From positions 16,220,651 through 16,284,650 of the forward strand of contig CM120647.1 in NCBI GenBank assembly GCA_051362555.1: 64,000 bases of DNA, in the 5' to 3' direction. Below, one piece after another: positions 53,201 to 64,000 of the stretch. Each line of letters opens with the position of its first letter. Position 1 is the first letter of the stretch. This DNA is from Lingula anatina. Taxonomy: Eukaryota > Animalia > Brachiopoda. The translations under genes and the position numbers were made by a program. A model generated the notes under the pieces. It saw only the letters and a program-made list of their open reading frames with translations, was not told the origin of the DNA and did no database searches.

Positions 53201-56127
53201 AATCAATGGTATTGAGGCCACAGATAATTATTATGAATGCTTTTATTCTTCTAAACAATTACAACATTACATATTACATTATATTTGGAAATGAAATTTG
53301 AGGAAAAATACTGATAGCTGAAAAATTATGCCCACGTTAGTGTGAGGAGCTTCAAATTGGTCCATTTGGGCTGCTTATTTATAGCATATCACTGAAACTG
53401 CTGACCTGACATCACTCTTGCGTCATACTCCCACCCCCAAAGTATAGAAAGGATGCATGCTGTTAATTCGCATTTTCAACTATTTTATGGGGTCTGACAA
53501 GCAAACCATCAATGCCATTAGAGGTTTTAAGTTTTCTAATTTATGCTCCATGTTAAAGCCTCTTTTCCTTGATAAAAAAGCAATCCTGTTGAAGATGTCC
53601 TTTATTAAGTATTTCTTAGCTAGCTAAACCATGCAGAAAATCTGATATTGTTATTCATTTGTGGCCATTACCCTCATGAGATTGTTTGTTAGTAACAGAA
53701 CCTTCCATGCAAGTAAATTGAAATAAATTGTGGGTTTAAAGATTGTAATGTTATGCCATTAATGGTTTTGAATATGGCATGCCTTGGTAAATAAAGAGAA
53801 AATGATGTAATTTCCAGGAAATAAGTCTAGTAGTCGATTGCAAATTGTGTGACTGAAAAAGAAATTATTATAAATCCTCTGTGAGGATAATCCTCACTAA
53901 TCTCTTGTTTGTTAGTCATTAATCCCTCCATGCAAGTCACCTGATGGAGCTTTCACAAACTCCTCAAACTCTGAGGACTGCATCCTTGACCTTTGAGTGA
54001 CCTTTGACCTTGGGCTCAGTTGAACCTTGCTGCACTTTATAACTGAAAGTTGGTATTTATGTTTGAGCTTTCCAACAGTAAGGAAAACAAGCTCTTGACA
54101 TGGCGCTTGAAACTTAGTAAAATGTCTCTTTTTACACTACTTTTTATTGCTAAACCATGTGTCTATTCTTTTTATCTTATGGAGATTAAGTATTCAATCA
54201 TACTTAAAATCAATACACATTTTGCAATTATTAAAATGCAGTAAATTATCTTACCTGGTTTTACATTCTCTCCATCCCCTCCTGCTGCAGCAGTAGCAGG
54301 TTTCTTTGGTTTTAACCTCTTGCTGTGACTCAACCAAGGTTTTTCATAGTCTCTCTGCTTGTCTTCAGTCAGAGCACCATCTATAGTCCATACAAAATAC
54401 CAAGATTACTATGGCTAAAATTTTCTTTAAGCTTCAAATAAAAAAGTAGATTTTTTTCTAGCATACTTAACCGTTTTTGTATAAAAAAATATTAAGCTAC
54501 AATTCATTGGTCAACTATAATAATATCAAAACTCCGTCCTAATGTATCTGCAAAACTAAATACAAAACCATCTTTGTTTGTCTTCTTAGGTGTGGTATAT
54601 TATATTATGTTATATAACAATGAATATAAATGCTCACCAGGAGGAGACTGTGCCCAAGAAGCTGCAGAAGCTGGCATGCTTTTTCTGCTTAATTCTGGGG
54701 TGCTTTTCTTGCTATGGCCTACAATTTTATATACAGACATAAAATTATATAAATAATATTACGAACAATGTATACTTATTCATACATAGAAGTTGTATCA
54801 ATCATGGTATCCAATCACCAACTATATAATTCTACAAAATGTAGAAATAAATGTGTTTACAAATGCTATAATGTTAAAGACTGCTTTTGTAAAAGCAATA
54901 CATCTAAAGTACACAAAACTTAAGAGTACAAGCATAATTTTTAATCTAATTTGATAATGTATTTGAAATAATCTTTAAATTAAATAAATTCAAAATGCTG
55001 TCCATATATGATCAATTTACTTTATCTCCATTAACATGACTCACTGAATAGCTCTGTGGTACTTTTTCTGGTGGGTGTGGGTCCTTTGGCTCCATCTTCA
55101 GCCTACAAAACAAAACAATTACAAATACTTTTTTAATTTTCCACAACATACAAGCAACATAATAAACTTAAACATTATGGAGCAAATTATTAGACATTAC
55201 AGTTTTGTTGTTGTACTAATCTATGTGCGTACAAGCCTATAGCCAACAATTTCAAACAAATGAGTGCTTTTTTCTGAAAATGTGGATCATTACTGCATAA
55301 ACCAAAATAATTTTTGTTTTATAACCAAATGGGTTGGTTGTTAGCAACTCCAGAACCTCCCCTGCCAACGATCCAGGTGTGTGTCTGTGTGTGCACGTAT
55401 GTACGTTGTTAGTGCATGCTAGAGGTGTATGTGTCCTCACTTCCTTGATAAGTTTATGTTTCTTCTGCAGCACTTTGATCAAGAAATAGATAGGGTCATC
55501 TGGCTGGTCATGGATTATCTTGGACATCAACTCCTGTATCAATGAATAGAAATAGTAATCAGTTAGATAATCAGAATGATATATAGGCACGGACCAGAGT
55601 TGTCAAATTATTTATGACAGACTCCCTTTGTTTGCAGGGTTATTCTTTGGCACATAAGATGTTAGACAACAGCTAAATGACGCATTTCGAGTATGGTCTT
55701 GTTGGCAACTCTGATGAATGGATGGATGAATGGAAATAAGTGTACAGATGACAGGGATGATCGAAGAAAAGATCTACAATTGTGAAGTGTACTAGTACAG
55801 TATTTTATTATTTTAATATTAAATGTTAAAACATTTTATGCTAAAGAATTGAATGTTGACAACTATAAACAAATGCAGTCACAGCAAAACTAGAAATTGT
55901 GTAGGTTTTTAATCAGATCCAGGTTGATCTGGTAGTAGTAGTAATAATAGTAGTAGTAGGGGATGAAATAACAGTCGTCGGAGTAACACATTAAGACGCT
56001 GTTGGTGTTACGGCCTTAAAAATTGCACATCAAAAGAGTTCATCAATTCACATAATCCACTTGCCTCAAACAGTGCCCCTATCTTATGACGCTCCAGGTA
56101 GAGAGGTATTGTTTGCTGCCCAGACAT
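20328..56127 (-). CDS. C8orf34: C8orf34 homologue (N-terminal RIIa/Dpy-30-like dimerisation domain, long low-complexity body), ~18 coding exons
   Basis: Exons include 56127-56065 (MSGQQTIPLYLERHKIGALFE, GC donor), 55533-55441 (ELMSKIIHDQPDDPIYFLIKVLQKK), 55102-55045, ~54718-54637 (SAASWAQS), ~54380-54255 (RDYEKPWLSHSKR), ~52928-52760 (QWNADNKVPTADFDELWEI), ~52594-52437, ~52047-51889, ~51411-51343, ~50931-50870 (EPQVRVSICARCAR), ~50505-50413, ~49063-48969 (EFESVSQVSGP), ~48667-48634 (RHPVWQAEDSD), 21808-~21731, ~21377-21170, ~20843-20726 (HVWQLPEDSD) and ~20362-20328 (stop). These match recalled motifs of human C8orf34 (YLEKNKIGPLFEELMTKL, YDKPW, DFDEL, ICxRCAR). Several internal boundaries are approximate, and the donor of the 21808 exon is ambiguous. 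Confidence 0.85.
22762..29456 (+). CDS. Secreted protein A: signal peptide - CBD-like - FReD - Thr/Ser/Lys mucin-like linker - CBD-like - FReD (~660 aa, 11 exons)
   Basis: Exons 22762-22825, 23771-23959, 24271-24404, 24793-24898, 25277-25456, 25757-26188, 26306-26497, 26852-26985, 27973-28087, 28393-28560, 29188-29456; all GT-AG and phase-consistent, 1983 nt in total. FReD motifs: DC..L, YCDM..GGWL.IQKR, Y..GFG...EFWWGL, YRL, GDS, WW, NLNG, DGIYW. CBD-like motif: YPGSQC.KF...CP....FN...C.CD......CP. Confidence 0.9.
24496..24672 (-). mobile_element. ~170-bp MITE, CAGGGGCGGAT family, diverged copy
   Basis: Reverse-complement similarity to 30555-30722 and 41967-42132; flanks atatc/acatc. Confidence 0.7.
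27402..27625. mobile_element. PIF/Harbinger-like MITE (224 bp) in an intron of gene A
   Basis: ~65-bp near-perfect terminal inverted repeats (GGGACCATTCATATGAAAAATCTATTTTC...GAAAATAGATTTTTCATATGAACGGTCCC) flanked by a TAA duplication (27399-27401, 27626-27628). Confidence 0.88.
29985..32490. repeat. Degenerate repeat field (~90-bp units) plus a local segmental duplication between genes A and B
   Basis: aaaagataaacttccaatca...ttcataaaacagaaacaataaaa recurs about every 90 nt (~30115, 30205, 30296, 30386; again ~31597, 31675, 32133). ~29990-30200 is duplicated at ~31470-31680. Confidence 0.8.
30555..30722 (+). mobile_element. ~170-bp MITE with CAGGGGCGGAT TIRs
   Basis: CAGGGGCGGAT...ATCCGCCCCTG flanked by the 5-bp direct repeat ACATA. 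Confidence 0.85.
33021..37267 (+). CDS. Secreted protein B: signal peptide - CBD-like - FReD (~311 aa, 6 exons)
   Basis: Exons 33021-33078 (MASLGLVVVSVLLMTALVA), 34481-34672, 35192-35325, 35685-35790, 36451-36630, 37002-37267; 936 nt, phase-consistent, with the same intron positions as gene A. Confidence 0.9.
35863..36062. mobile_element. ~200-bp MITE-like insertion in gene B intron 4
   Basis: Imperfect TIRs GACCCCATTCCCACAGATTTTAGATC / GATCTAAATCTCTGGAAATGCAGTC plus an internal inverted pair (ggggagtc / gactcccc); absent from the paralogous intron of gene C (~41630). Confidence 0.7.
38647..43056 (+). CDS. Secreted protein C (chimeric duplicate): gene-D-type signal exon plus gene-B-type CBD-like and FReD exons (~306 aa)
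   Basis: Exons 38647-38707, 40227-40418, 40949-41082, 41461-41566, 42258-42437, 42809-43056; 921 nt, open and phase-consistent provided the truncated exon at 39291-39354 is skipped. Confidence 0.82.
39291..39354 (+). pseudogene. Truncated half of a gene-D-type CBD exon left at the duplication junction
   Basis: DKNSCMDKWHNVYVIYPGSQCG is nearly identical to 45291-45354, then the sequence switches abruptly to a match of gene B intron 1 (33204 onward). Acceptor retained, native donor missing. Confidence 0.88.
41967..42132 (+). mobile_element. ~170-bp MITE, CAGGGGCGGAT family, in gene C intron 4
   Basis: CAGGGCGGAT...ATCCGCTCCTG flanked by the direct repeat ACCTC; empty site in the gene B paralogue (~36335). 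Confidence 0.85.
44918..47407 (+). CDS. Secreted protein D: signal peptide - CBD-like - FReD - Thr/Ser/Lys-rich tail (~377 aa, 6 exons)
   Basis: Exons 44918-44978, 45291-45473, 45841-45974, 46170-46275, 46530-46709, 46938-47407; 1134 nt, phase-consistent; ends TTKSTTTSTTK...HDDSGAHGFLPFDY*. Confidence 0.9.
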
Positions 56128-56339
56128 TTCTGTATTTCATTCAAGATTCAAGATCTCTCTCCCTCTCAAACATTCAGCGACCAGCGCTATCTATGACAAG
56201 AAAAGCTTTGTCGGATGTTGTTCATATTAAAGTTAGAGTATTTAAAGCAGAACATTACTTTTCGGCGTAAAGATAAATAGAAACATTTCAAATTCATTTC
56301 TATGGACGTATTTACAAATTGACATACCATATTCACCTC

Positions 56340-56485
56340 TTGAAAGCAGTAAATTGTGTCTCTTCTTGTCTGTGACGTCAACGTTACTATTGTAGTGACG
56401 TAAATGTTTAACAATGGCGGACGGGCTGAAAATACGGATGAGGCTTCTTCACTAATTTTTTCCCACTCATAACTTCACTAAAAGG
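56340..56485. promoter_or_regulatory. Candidate bidirectional promoter of C8orf34 and the OFCC1-like gene
   Basis: CpG-enriched patch between divergent genes. Full CRE TGACGTCA (56373-56380), TGACGTAA (56396-56403), an X-box-like GTTACTAT half-site between them, and a YY1-like AATGGCGG at ~56413. Splice donors point outward on both sides (minus at ~56336, plus at ~56485). Confidence 0.55.
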
Positions 56486-57225
56486 TAACATTTGAAGTAT
56501 GTAATCCGAATTAAGTTTAAATGTGTCTTTAAGATATACTTGCAATGCATTAAGCATAAATTCATTGTTTAGAGTGGGGTAAAAGGTGGTGATTTGGTGA
56601 TTTGAAAAGTGGGTCAAGGAGAGACACTGCGAACGGGCACCTGTTCTGTAGGCAGTGATTCTGCTTTGCTCTCGAATTGGCGAGCAAATCTATGCTAGGA
56701 CCAGGTAGTTATGCTGACCTCTCTGACTCCCCATGCATATCATGATGTGAATGAATTCGCTTGTATTTATTTGTCTGAAATATTACAAAAATCGAGCTCT
56801 CACTTAATGTGTTATTGTCATTTCTAAGCCAAATTATACACATTTGATTGACAATGTTACTCGCATCGGACATTTGAACTTCAACAGTCATTCCTTTTGG
56901 CATGGCAATAAATTGTTTTACATTCCATAGCCAAAGAGTGAAGATTTACATGCAGCTCAAATATTGTTTAACCATTAGCCTTTCAGATTTTGAATTAATT
57001 TGCAATCGTATCTTTACTTACTTTTTATTTAGCATGTTTGCATCTTTTCTCATTGATCGTGTGATATTTGGCTGTTTTTTGTTTCTGTCTTTTTTATCGC
57101 AAATCATTGCAGGTTTGTAAGTATTATAGACATAGCAGTACTAGTAATTAACATTTATAACAGAAATTTAAGATGCTGTTTGTTTCATTTCATTTTCCAA
57201 GTATTGACTGCACACTTGAGTGGAA

Positions 57226-59787
57226 ATGGCTGAACAAGGTAATTTAACTATTTTATTTTTGACTGAATGTGAGATTTTAGTTATTTTTACCTTTGTTGGA
57301 CTGAGAAATAATTGTGATTTTTTTATTAAGTTTTTCACACCTAACAGCACTTGTTTTGTGTTTACAGATGCATATATACATTTAAGCATCAATGTCCCTG
57401 ATATTATCAATTTTTTTTATTTAGTTCCAAAAATGAAGCTGAAGAAAGGTGTCAAACCAAAGAAAAAAGCTGAAGAAGATGCAAATGAAGAAGAAGAAGA
57501 GCCACAGGTCTGTTATAAACACAGAGGAATGGTACAAATATTTGTGGGGTGGGTGGGGGGGGGGGGGGCTGTAGGTGAAATAATTTAGATTTATTTGTTG
57601 TGCCCTGTATTTACAAATTAACAATGCAAAGCAGGTTTTTTTTCCAAGTTGGGGGTACAAATGCCTCTAAAAATTATTACCTGTAATTTCCCACAAAATT
57701 TCAAGGAGTCCAAGCCATTAGTGGGAGTTGGGGGGGTCAGTCCCCTTTTGTTGGCAAATAGTTTGTTCTGGGTTAAATTTGATCTAGAAACAAAGTTTTA
57801 ATGGTAAAGGGTCCACCAGAAAAAACAAACCCCTATAGACCTGTAAAGGCAGTTTTTTGACAGTTTAATTAATATATATACTAGTACTATGTTTTTACGC
57901 AGTGATATATATTTGTAATGAGTCATACCCTGGTTGTGATTTTAAAAATGATTCAGAGAAAATAAGTCCTGTTTGTTTGTGTGATTGATTTTTTTTTACT
58001 TCAAACACAGGCAGCCTCAGCAGTTGTAGAAGTGGAGGATGAAGAAGTGACACCAAAGATTAAGAAGAAGGGCAAAGGAAAAAAGAAAGGGAAGAAAAAG
58101 GCAGTAGAAAGGGAGGAAACTCCACAAGAAAATATTCCAAAGGTCAGTTAAGACTGCACTTAAGTTGGACTTTTGTGGCAGATACAGGGTTTTGATGGGG
58201 TGGAATGAATGGGGAGGAAGTTTAGCATCTTGTTTTGCTTGACATGGAGATAGAGGAGTCCATTAAAGATGCATACAAAGTCAATTTTTTGTCACAAAAA
58301 CCAACCAAATGCCAGCATATAGTTTCAAGTAGTATAACTAAGAGAATTACCAAAAGGCATTGTTTAATTTTACCCGAAAATGATGTTTGAATGGATTTTT
58401 CTGCTGGCATTCTAAGCTGTATGTCTATGGGGCAGGAAAGTAGGTCACAAAAGTAGGTTAAATTTACAACCAAAAATTTAAAGAAAGGAGCAGTCTTAAG
58501 GTCTTTTATGGATGATCGAGTGATCTACCATTGGCCCAATTTCCTATAGGATCTTATAGGATCCTATAGGACTTTTTCGTTAGGGTATTCAGTATATCCC
58601 TTGGCTTGTCGAATTTATTTGAGTCATATAAGAATCTAGTAGAAGTGGTTTACATGTGTTACTGGGAATCCACGCTCCACCGATGCTCGGTTCGTATGTA
58701 CCTTTAAGCTAATTGGAGGTCAGAAGCACATTTCCTCTATCCCCCCCCCCCCCCCAGCTGTTCTCTGGGGTTTGACTTTTTTAACAGTGAGAGAGTGAGT
58801 TTTATAATTGACGAGGAACTATTCTATTCACTACCACACTAAGATAAAAAAAAATTGTCATCAATCTTTGTGAGAAAAGTTTTACATACAATTTCTGATC
58901 ATTGCTATTAAATAAGAATGATAAGATGTGACCCATTATGATCATTCAAGTATCCTGTCTCCTCAATTTTCTGTCCAAACAGAAAGACTCCACAGTGTCT
59001 CCACCTACAGTTAAAGATGAAGAATCTAAGGAGAGTCCACTAGAGCCATCTACATCAACAGTGGTTCCCCCTCCAGATGACAAGACTGTGAAAAGTCAGG
59101 TGAAGCCATCTTCCCCATTACCAGTACCAACATCTACAGTTGAGGGTGAGGAGGCAATAAGCCGGCAGCCATGGGATTCGGATTCTGCACCAGCACCCCC
59201 TTCAACATCAAATCCAGATGCTCCTGACGACTTAGAGGGGAAATCGATAAAAGAACCAAAACCAGGTATTTGTCATTGAGTAATAATTTACTCTGTGTAA
59301 TTTTTATAACTTGAACAAATTATCCTCATAATATAATTTTTTTTTTAGTTTTTTTTTGTTTTGTTTCTGACTCATTTATTTAATGCACTTTATTTGACAG
59401 TTCTCATGATGTATGGAAAATGAATTCACTTTTGAATGACTTTGTAAAATAGGCAGTCTTAAATAATGGACTGACCCCAGGAGTAATATACCTCCAAAAT
59501 TAGAAAAAAATGAAAGTGTTAAAAAATTAAATAAATTAATACTCCATCGAAACATCAGTATGTATCTATTTCTCTGTGAACATCAGCTTCTCGGCCAGCC
59601 AGTGCAGAAAGACCCGCGACAGGTCCTGGAGCTGAGAAAGATGGCTTTCCTACGCAAATACAACAGCGGCAAACTGCTACGCACATTACAACTAGTACAC
59701 CAAAGGTAAGGCCCAACTCCTGTGTATATTCTTAGTTATAGAGAGAGAGAGAATGAGAGAGGATGGATGTGGTTTTTAACCTCATAT

Positions 59788-59842
<55 letters not shown>

Positions 59843-60116
59843 TGTAAAAAATATAACAGCCCACATAGAATGTGTTAAACTGTGACACAGATTTGTTCCA
59901 CTAATCTTTCTTTCTTCTGAGAATTATCTTTAATTATATTTTAACTTGGGCCCTAAACTGTTTGAATATTCGTTCTATCTGTTATAGAAAACCAGCTACA
60001 AGTTTGAGGCCAGAGAGTTTGATAACCTGGACCCCAAGGAATACGGCATTGAATTGAGTGATGAGGAATTCAAATATGGTAGGCCTGGGATTAATAACAG
60101 GATGTTTTAATGATAT

Positions 60117-60167
<51 letters not shown>

Positions 60168-63100
60168 TTTTTGTGGGTGTGTTTGTTAATGTATATGTTT
60201 TATATGTTGTGAGAAATAATGGCCAGTAAGATGTTAGAAATTTAGTAAAATTGCTGGGATAGAAGTCATGTCCTTAATTGTTCCTTGTTAAATGTTTTTA
60301 GAACCTCCTGCTGAAGATCACACACTGCCTGATCTCTATCGCCTCATGGACACTCTGGAAGGGGGCGACTCGGACCTCGAGACTTCTCAGCGCCCTCCTG
60401 CTCTCTTCACGCGCCCGGAGCATGTCCCAAATTACCAGAAAATTTCAGAACTTCGCCTGGCGATGGAGGAGGAAGATATTCAAGAGTATGTGGAGGGGTT
60501 TGAGACTGATGTTAGAGACGAGGTGCTTATGATAGGGAACATTTCATTGGAGGAGATTCAGGCAAGTATCCAATGATGTTTTTCCTTTTAAATTTATGTT
60601 TTAAGCAATATTTTTGAGATGATAATGATTTTTGGTTGGGAATGGTCACAAATTTTATATCATGGAAGACACGCTCATTGCATACAAAAGAAGACTGATT
60701 TTTTTTGGGGGGGGGTAGAATTTTAATTTCTTTTAACCATTTAACCACAGTCATACTTAACTCTGGTACTTTTTCCCATTTTAATTAATTTTAACTTTGT
60801 TTTTTTCCACTCCAGGAAGAAGAGAAGCGACTTCGCGATGAGCACATAGCATACCAGCAACAGGAGGCAGAGATTGCTCGTCAACGCCAGGAAGGAATTC
60901 TCATCAGTGAGGAGCAGGCCAAGAAACGTATGGCCAAAAGATTGAAAGAGAAACGCAGACTTCTGGCTAAGAGAGAGGTAAAAGATGAATTTAGACCAAA
61001 TAATCGAAAAAACCAAAACTCATAATGCATATTCACATGCAGGTTGTATGAGATCTGATTGTTGGTCCGTTTCCTTAGACTTCATCAGACTCAATTAACA
61101 TTTATTTCATTGAAACTACAACTGAAGAAATATAAATGATTCAAGTTTGCTTAAAAGTTAGGCTTACGCCTATGAGTAAACATTTAAGAATTAAAATATT
61201 GGCACGAATTAGACGAGAAAAGTCACAACCTACTATTTTCATAACTGAAGCTGTGATGTTTATTTTTTCTCCAGGAAATAGCGCAGCAGAAGGAACGTCT
61301 GTTGATGGACAGACTTCACAAGGCCTTCAGACGGTCAGAAAACCAGCTGACCACTGTCCTGGAGAGAAGGAAGGGAGAAGTTAAGGTACAGGGAGAAAGA
61401 GAGAGGGAGAGAGAGGGAGGGTGAGAGGGGGTAGAAGAGAGGGAGAGAGAGAGTGAGAGTGAGAGGAAGGAGAAAGGGAGAGGGACAGAGAGAGAAGAGT
61501 GTTCTCATCTAGATCACACTGAATAATAAAGTGAGAAAAAATCACCTGTGTCTGTCACTCTACCTAATAAGGAGATATAGCCAATGTCCAGTGTGTGGAA
61601 ATCAGAATTGCTCCTTTCAAATGGAAATTTTATATGTCCTTGTGACATGCCCTTTCTTGTCTTTATGCAATTTCTTCATTCCCTAATTTAGACAATGTAT
61701 GGAGATCTCACAGTATCAGATGGCCACTACGGAGGGAGTAAAGGCAGAAGATGGAAGGTTGACTGGAACAAGACTCCCCAGCCAATCCAGGTGAAGCTGA
61801 ACTGCCTGAGAGGGGTCAAGGACAAATTACCAGGTAGGTCAAGGTCATCTAAATTTTATAGTAAAAATGGAGGGAGTTAACTGTTCTCCAGTGTAGGAAA
61901 ATGTTTTCTTAATATCACATTGGCAAATTGCAAAGGAAAGATAAGACATACATTTAAAAATCAGGCATTGTTACAAGTACATATGTTATCATTGTGGTTC
62001 ATGTTTGGGTAATGAGGAAGAAAGAGTACATTTTTGCAACCCCCTCTTGCCTCTTTTTCATATTCAGAATCATTCAACTGCTCGCTTTTCATGAAAATCT
62101 TTGAAAAATAATGATGTTGAAATAAAATTTTGATGTCTCAACTGGCCTCAACATTATTTGTAAAGTAATGCCTTGAAATCAAATTTTAATTAAGATATTT
62201 GTAAATTAAAGATATTGAAATAAAACCCTCTGTTTCAGCTGGCCGTTATGTGCTGATGGTGTCCCTGTACAACAGACTGGGGGGTATTGTGATGAGGTGG
62301 TCCAACTTGAAGGGTCAGCAGTGGGGTGGGGCCACGCTGCCCACACACCACGACGGGAACTTCTACAATGCCGAGTTAAAGGTACCGTAATTACCCAACA
62401 TGAATTATTCAGTTATTTCAAACATCTTCAGATCTATAACAATAGGTTAAAGGCAGTTTTAAGTATAAGATCCAACAGGCTCAAATAATTTCTGTAATTC
62501 CGTAGTATATGGCCCTGGGATGAAAGGTCAAAAAGTCATTCATCTGGTTTATTTATTTTTATAATGATCACATTTTCATCAACCTTTACAATGCTTAGTT
62601 AAAGGTAATTAATATTACTATAAATAGAAGAATGAGATAAATTATTATTATTATTATTTAAGAACTTTTACATCTCAACAGCTAGCTATTCATTTATTTA
62701 TTTAATTTGTTAGTGAGATAGTTATATTATCATTTGTTCAAACTTTATTTTTGTTCCAGCTGGAGCAGAGTGTGTTCACGGTCCTCCCCGCCAAGCCCTC
62801 AGTACGCCCAGGCATGGTGCTGGTGTTCGAGCTTTTCCTCCTCCGTGGCGCTGTCGTACCCACTGACCGCGTGGTTGGATGGGGAGCCTTTCCCATCTGT
62901 GACGGAAATTTTGACATCATTGAGGGAAAGTATGTGCAGTATTTGATATGTCCTTGTTCCATATTTACTTTGACAAAAATATTTTAAAACGTATATTGAT
63001 AAAAGCTGTGTTTTAAAAAAATAGATACACAATACTTACACAAATGAAAAACAAAAATATTGAAAACAGGAAAAAAATTGGCAGTTCTGCCAGGTTTGAG

Positions 63101-63351
63101 TTTCCACACATTATTCACTTCCTGATACAAAACTACATTAACAACATTACAGCAAAGTAAAATGGTTAAAGTTCAATTCATATTTTTATTACAGTTCTAT
63201 GTACAATTCACATTTCCAGATACAAGTGCCCCCTGTTGAGAGGCGAGATGGACACCCTGATAGATAAACACGAGAAGATTGAGGAACTGATGGCGTCTGA
63301 CGTGGACCACTGGCTTAGTAACCTCTACTTTGAGGTGGTCAAGTTACCAAG
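57226..63351 (+). CDS. OFCC1: OFCC1/ojoplano-like protein, 5' part (at least 14 exons; continues beyond the window)
   Basis: Exons ~57226-57238, 57425-57507, 58011-58143, 58983-59265, 59587-59705, 59988-60078, 60302-60561 (GC donor), 60816-60977, 61275-61385, 61692-61833, 62239-62381, 62760-62927, 63220-63351. A charged, disordered N-terminus and coiled coil precede WKVDWNKTPQPIQVKLNCLRGVKDKLP.GRYVLMVSLYNRLGG...VLVFELFLLRG....DRVVGWGAFP....F....GKYKCPLLRG...DHWLSNLYF, recognised from memory as the conserved OFCC1 region. Confidence 0.72.
59790..59840. repeat. (GA)n microsatellite
   Basis: Directly visible; one of many intronic (CT)n, (CA)n, (TAA)n and (ATTT)n tracts. Confidence 0.95.
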
Positions 63352-63646
63352 GTGAAATGTCTTTATGCTTCTTCCATCCTACATTACTCTCCTCCAGATA
63401 TTAACAACGTTTGGGCAAGCTGAAACAATAAAAGTTGAATTCATATTTGTATTTCAGCTCAACAAGTTATCAAATTACAAAGATGAAATATCTTTGTCCA
63501 CATTTTTAAGCTGCTATTTAAATCAGAGCATTTCAATTGAAGAATAATTATATATAAGCAAATTCTCATGTGTCGACAGTGAATAAGCTATTTTGTAAAT
63601 GTTGCATAATACGCTTGCTAAGTAAAATGTACTTCGAGGTGATTAA

Positions 63647-64000
63647 TTTTTTATGTACAGACACAGATGTGTCTGTACATATTGCCATCACCTGCGTCTG
63701 TCGTCGCCGTCGCCGTCGCCGTCGCCGATGCCGATGCCGGCGCCGTGCACTTTCCTTGTAAACACGATAAGTGGAGGGCAGTTTTACTTTTTGGCTTAAT
63801 ATTTACAGAGCTGATGAATATTCATAAAATGCAGGTCAAGTTCGAAAACCAGCATGATCGGGCCATTATTGTAGAAGTTATGCTGTTTTTTCACTTTTCA
63901 GCATATATGCAACCCTGTAAACACATTTTAAGGAAAACCGTTAGGCCTGTTGTCATGAAACTCACAGGAGTAATTAATCTTACTAAAACGCAGGTCAAGT
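63647..64000 (+). mobile_element. 5' part of a HINE/DINE-1-like non-autonomous element in an OFCC1 intron
   Basis: T-run, a perfect 12-bp hairpin ATGTACAGACAC-agat-GTGTCTGTACAT (63653-63680), a (CGTCGC)n microsatellite, then internal repeats (aaaatgcaggtcaagt at ~63826 and aaaacgcaggtcaagt at ~63985). Confidence 0.7.

Noticed and set aside
56414-56452. ATGGCGGACGGG as the start codon of the plus-strand gene
   Set aside because: The frame closes after 12 codons; better read as a YY1-like/5'UTR element or uORF.

Overview
AT-rich, intron-containing animal DNA, most likely from a marine invertebrate such as a mollusc (inferred from gene and repeat content). Left to right: (1) two minus-strand immunity-related GTPase (IRG/p47-like) genes with uninterrupted visible coding regions, one running off the left edge; (2) a nested transposon stack in which an RTEX-like LINE with a 13-bp TSD carries a near-intact CR1-group LINE (tandem 2A-like motifs, 13-bp TSD) and a deleted LTR element (TA...TA termini, 4-bp TSD); (3) a minus-strand C8orf34 homologue (56127->20328) whose predicted ~26.8-kb intron holds, on the opposite strand, four secreted-protein genes built from a chitin-binding-type-2-like domain (CBD) plus a fibrinogen-related domain (FReD), five modules in total, with non-canonical cysteine patterns in both domains; one of the four is a chimera created by a ~6-kb tandem duplication; (4) head-to-head with C8orf34, an OFCC1/ojoplano-like gene running off the right edge. 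MITEs, Helentron-type non-autonomous elements and microsatellites are scattered throughout. All gene models were read by eye from splice sites and phase continuity, and homology calls rest on recalled motifs; no database search was run.
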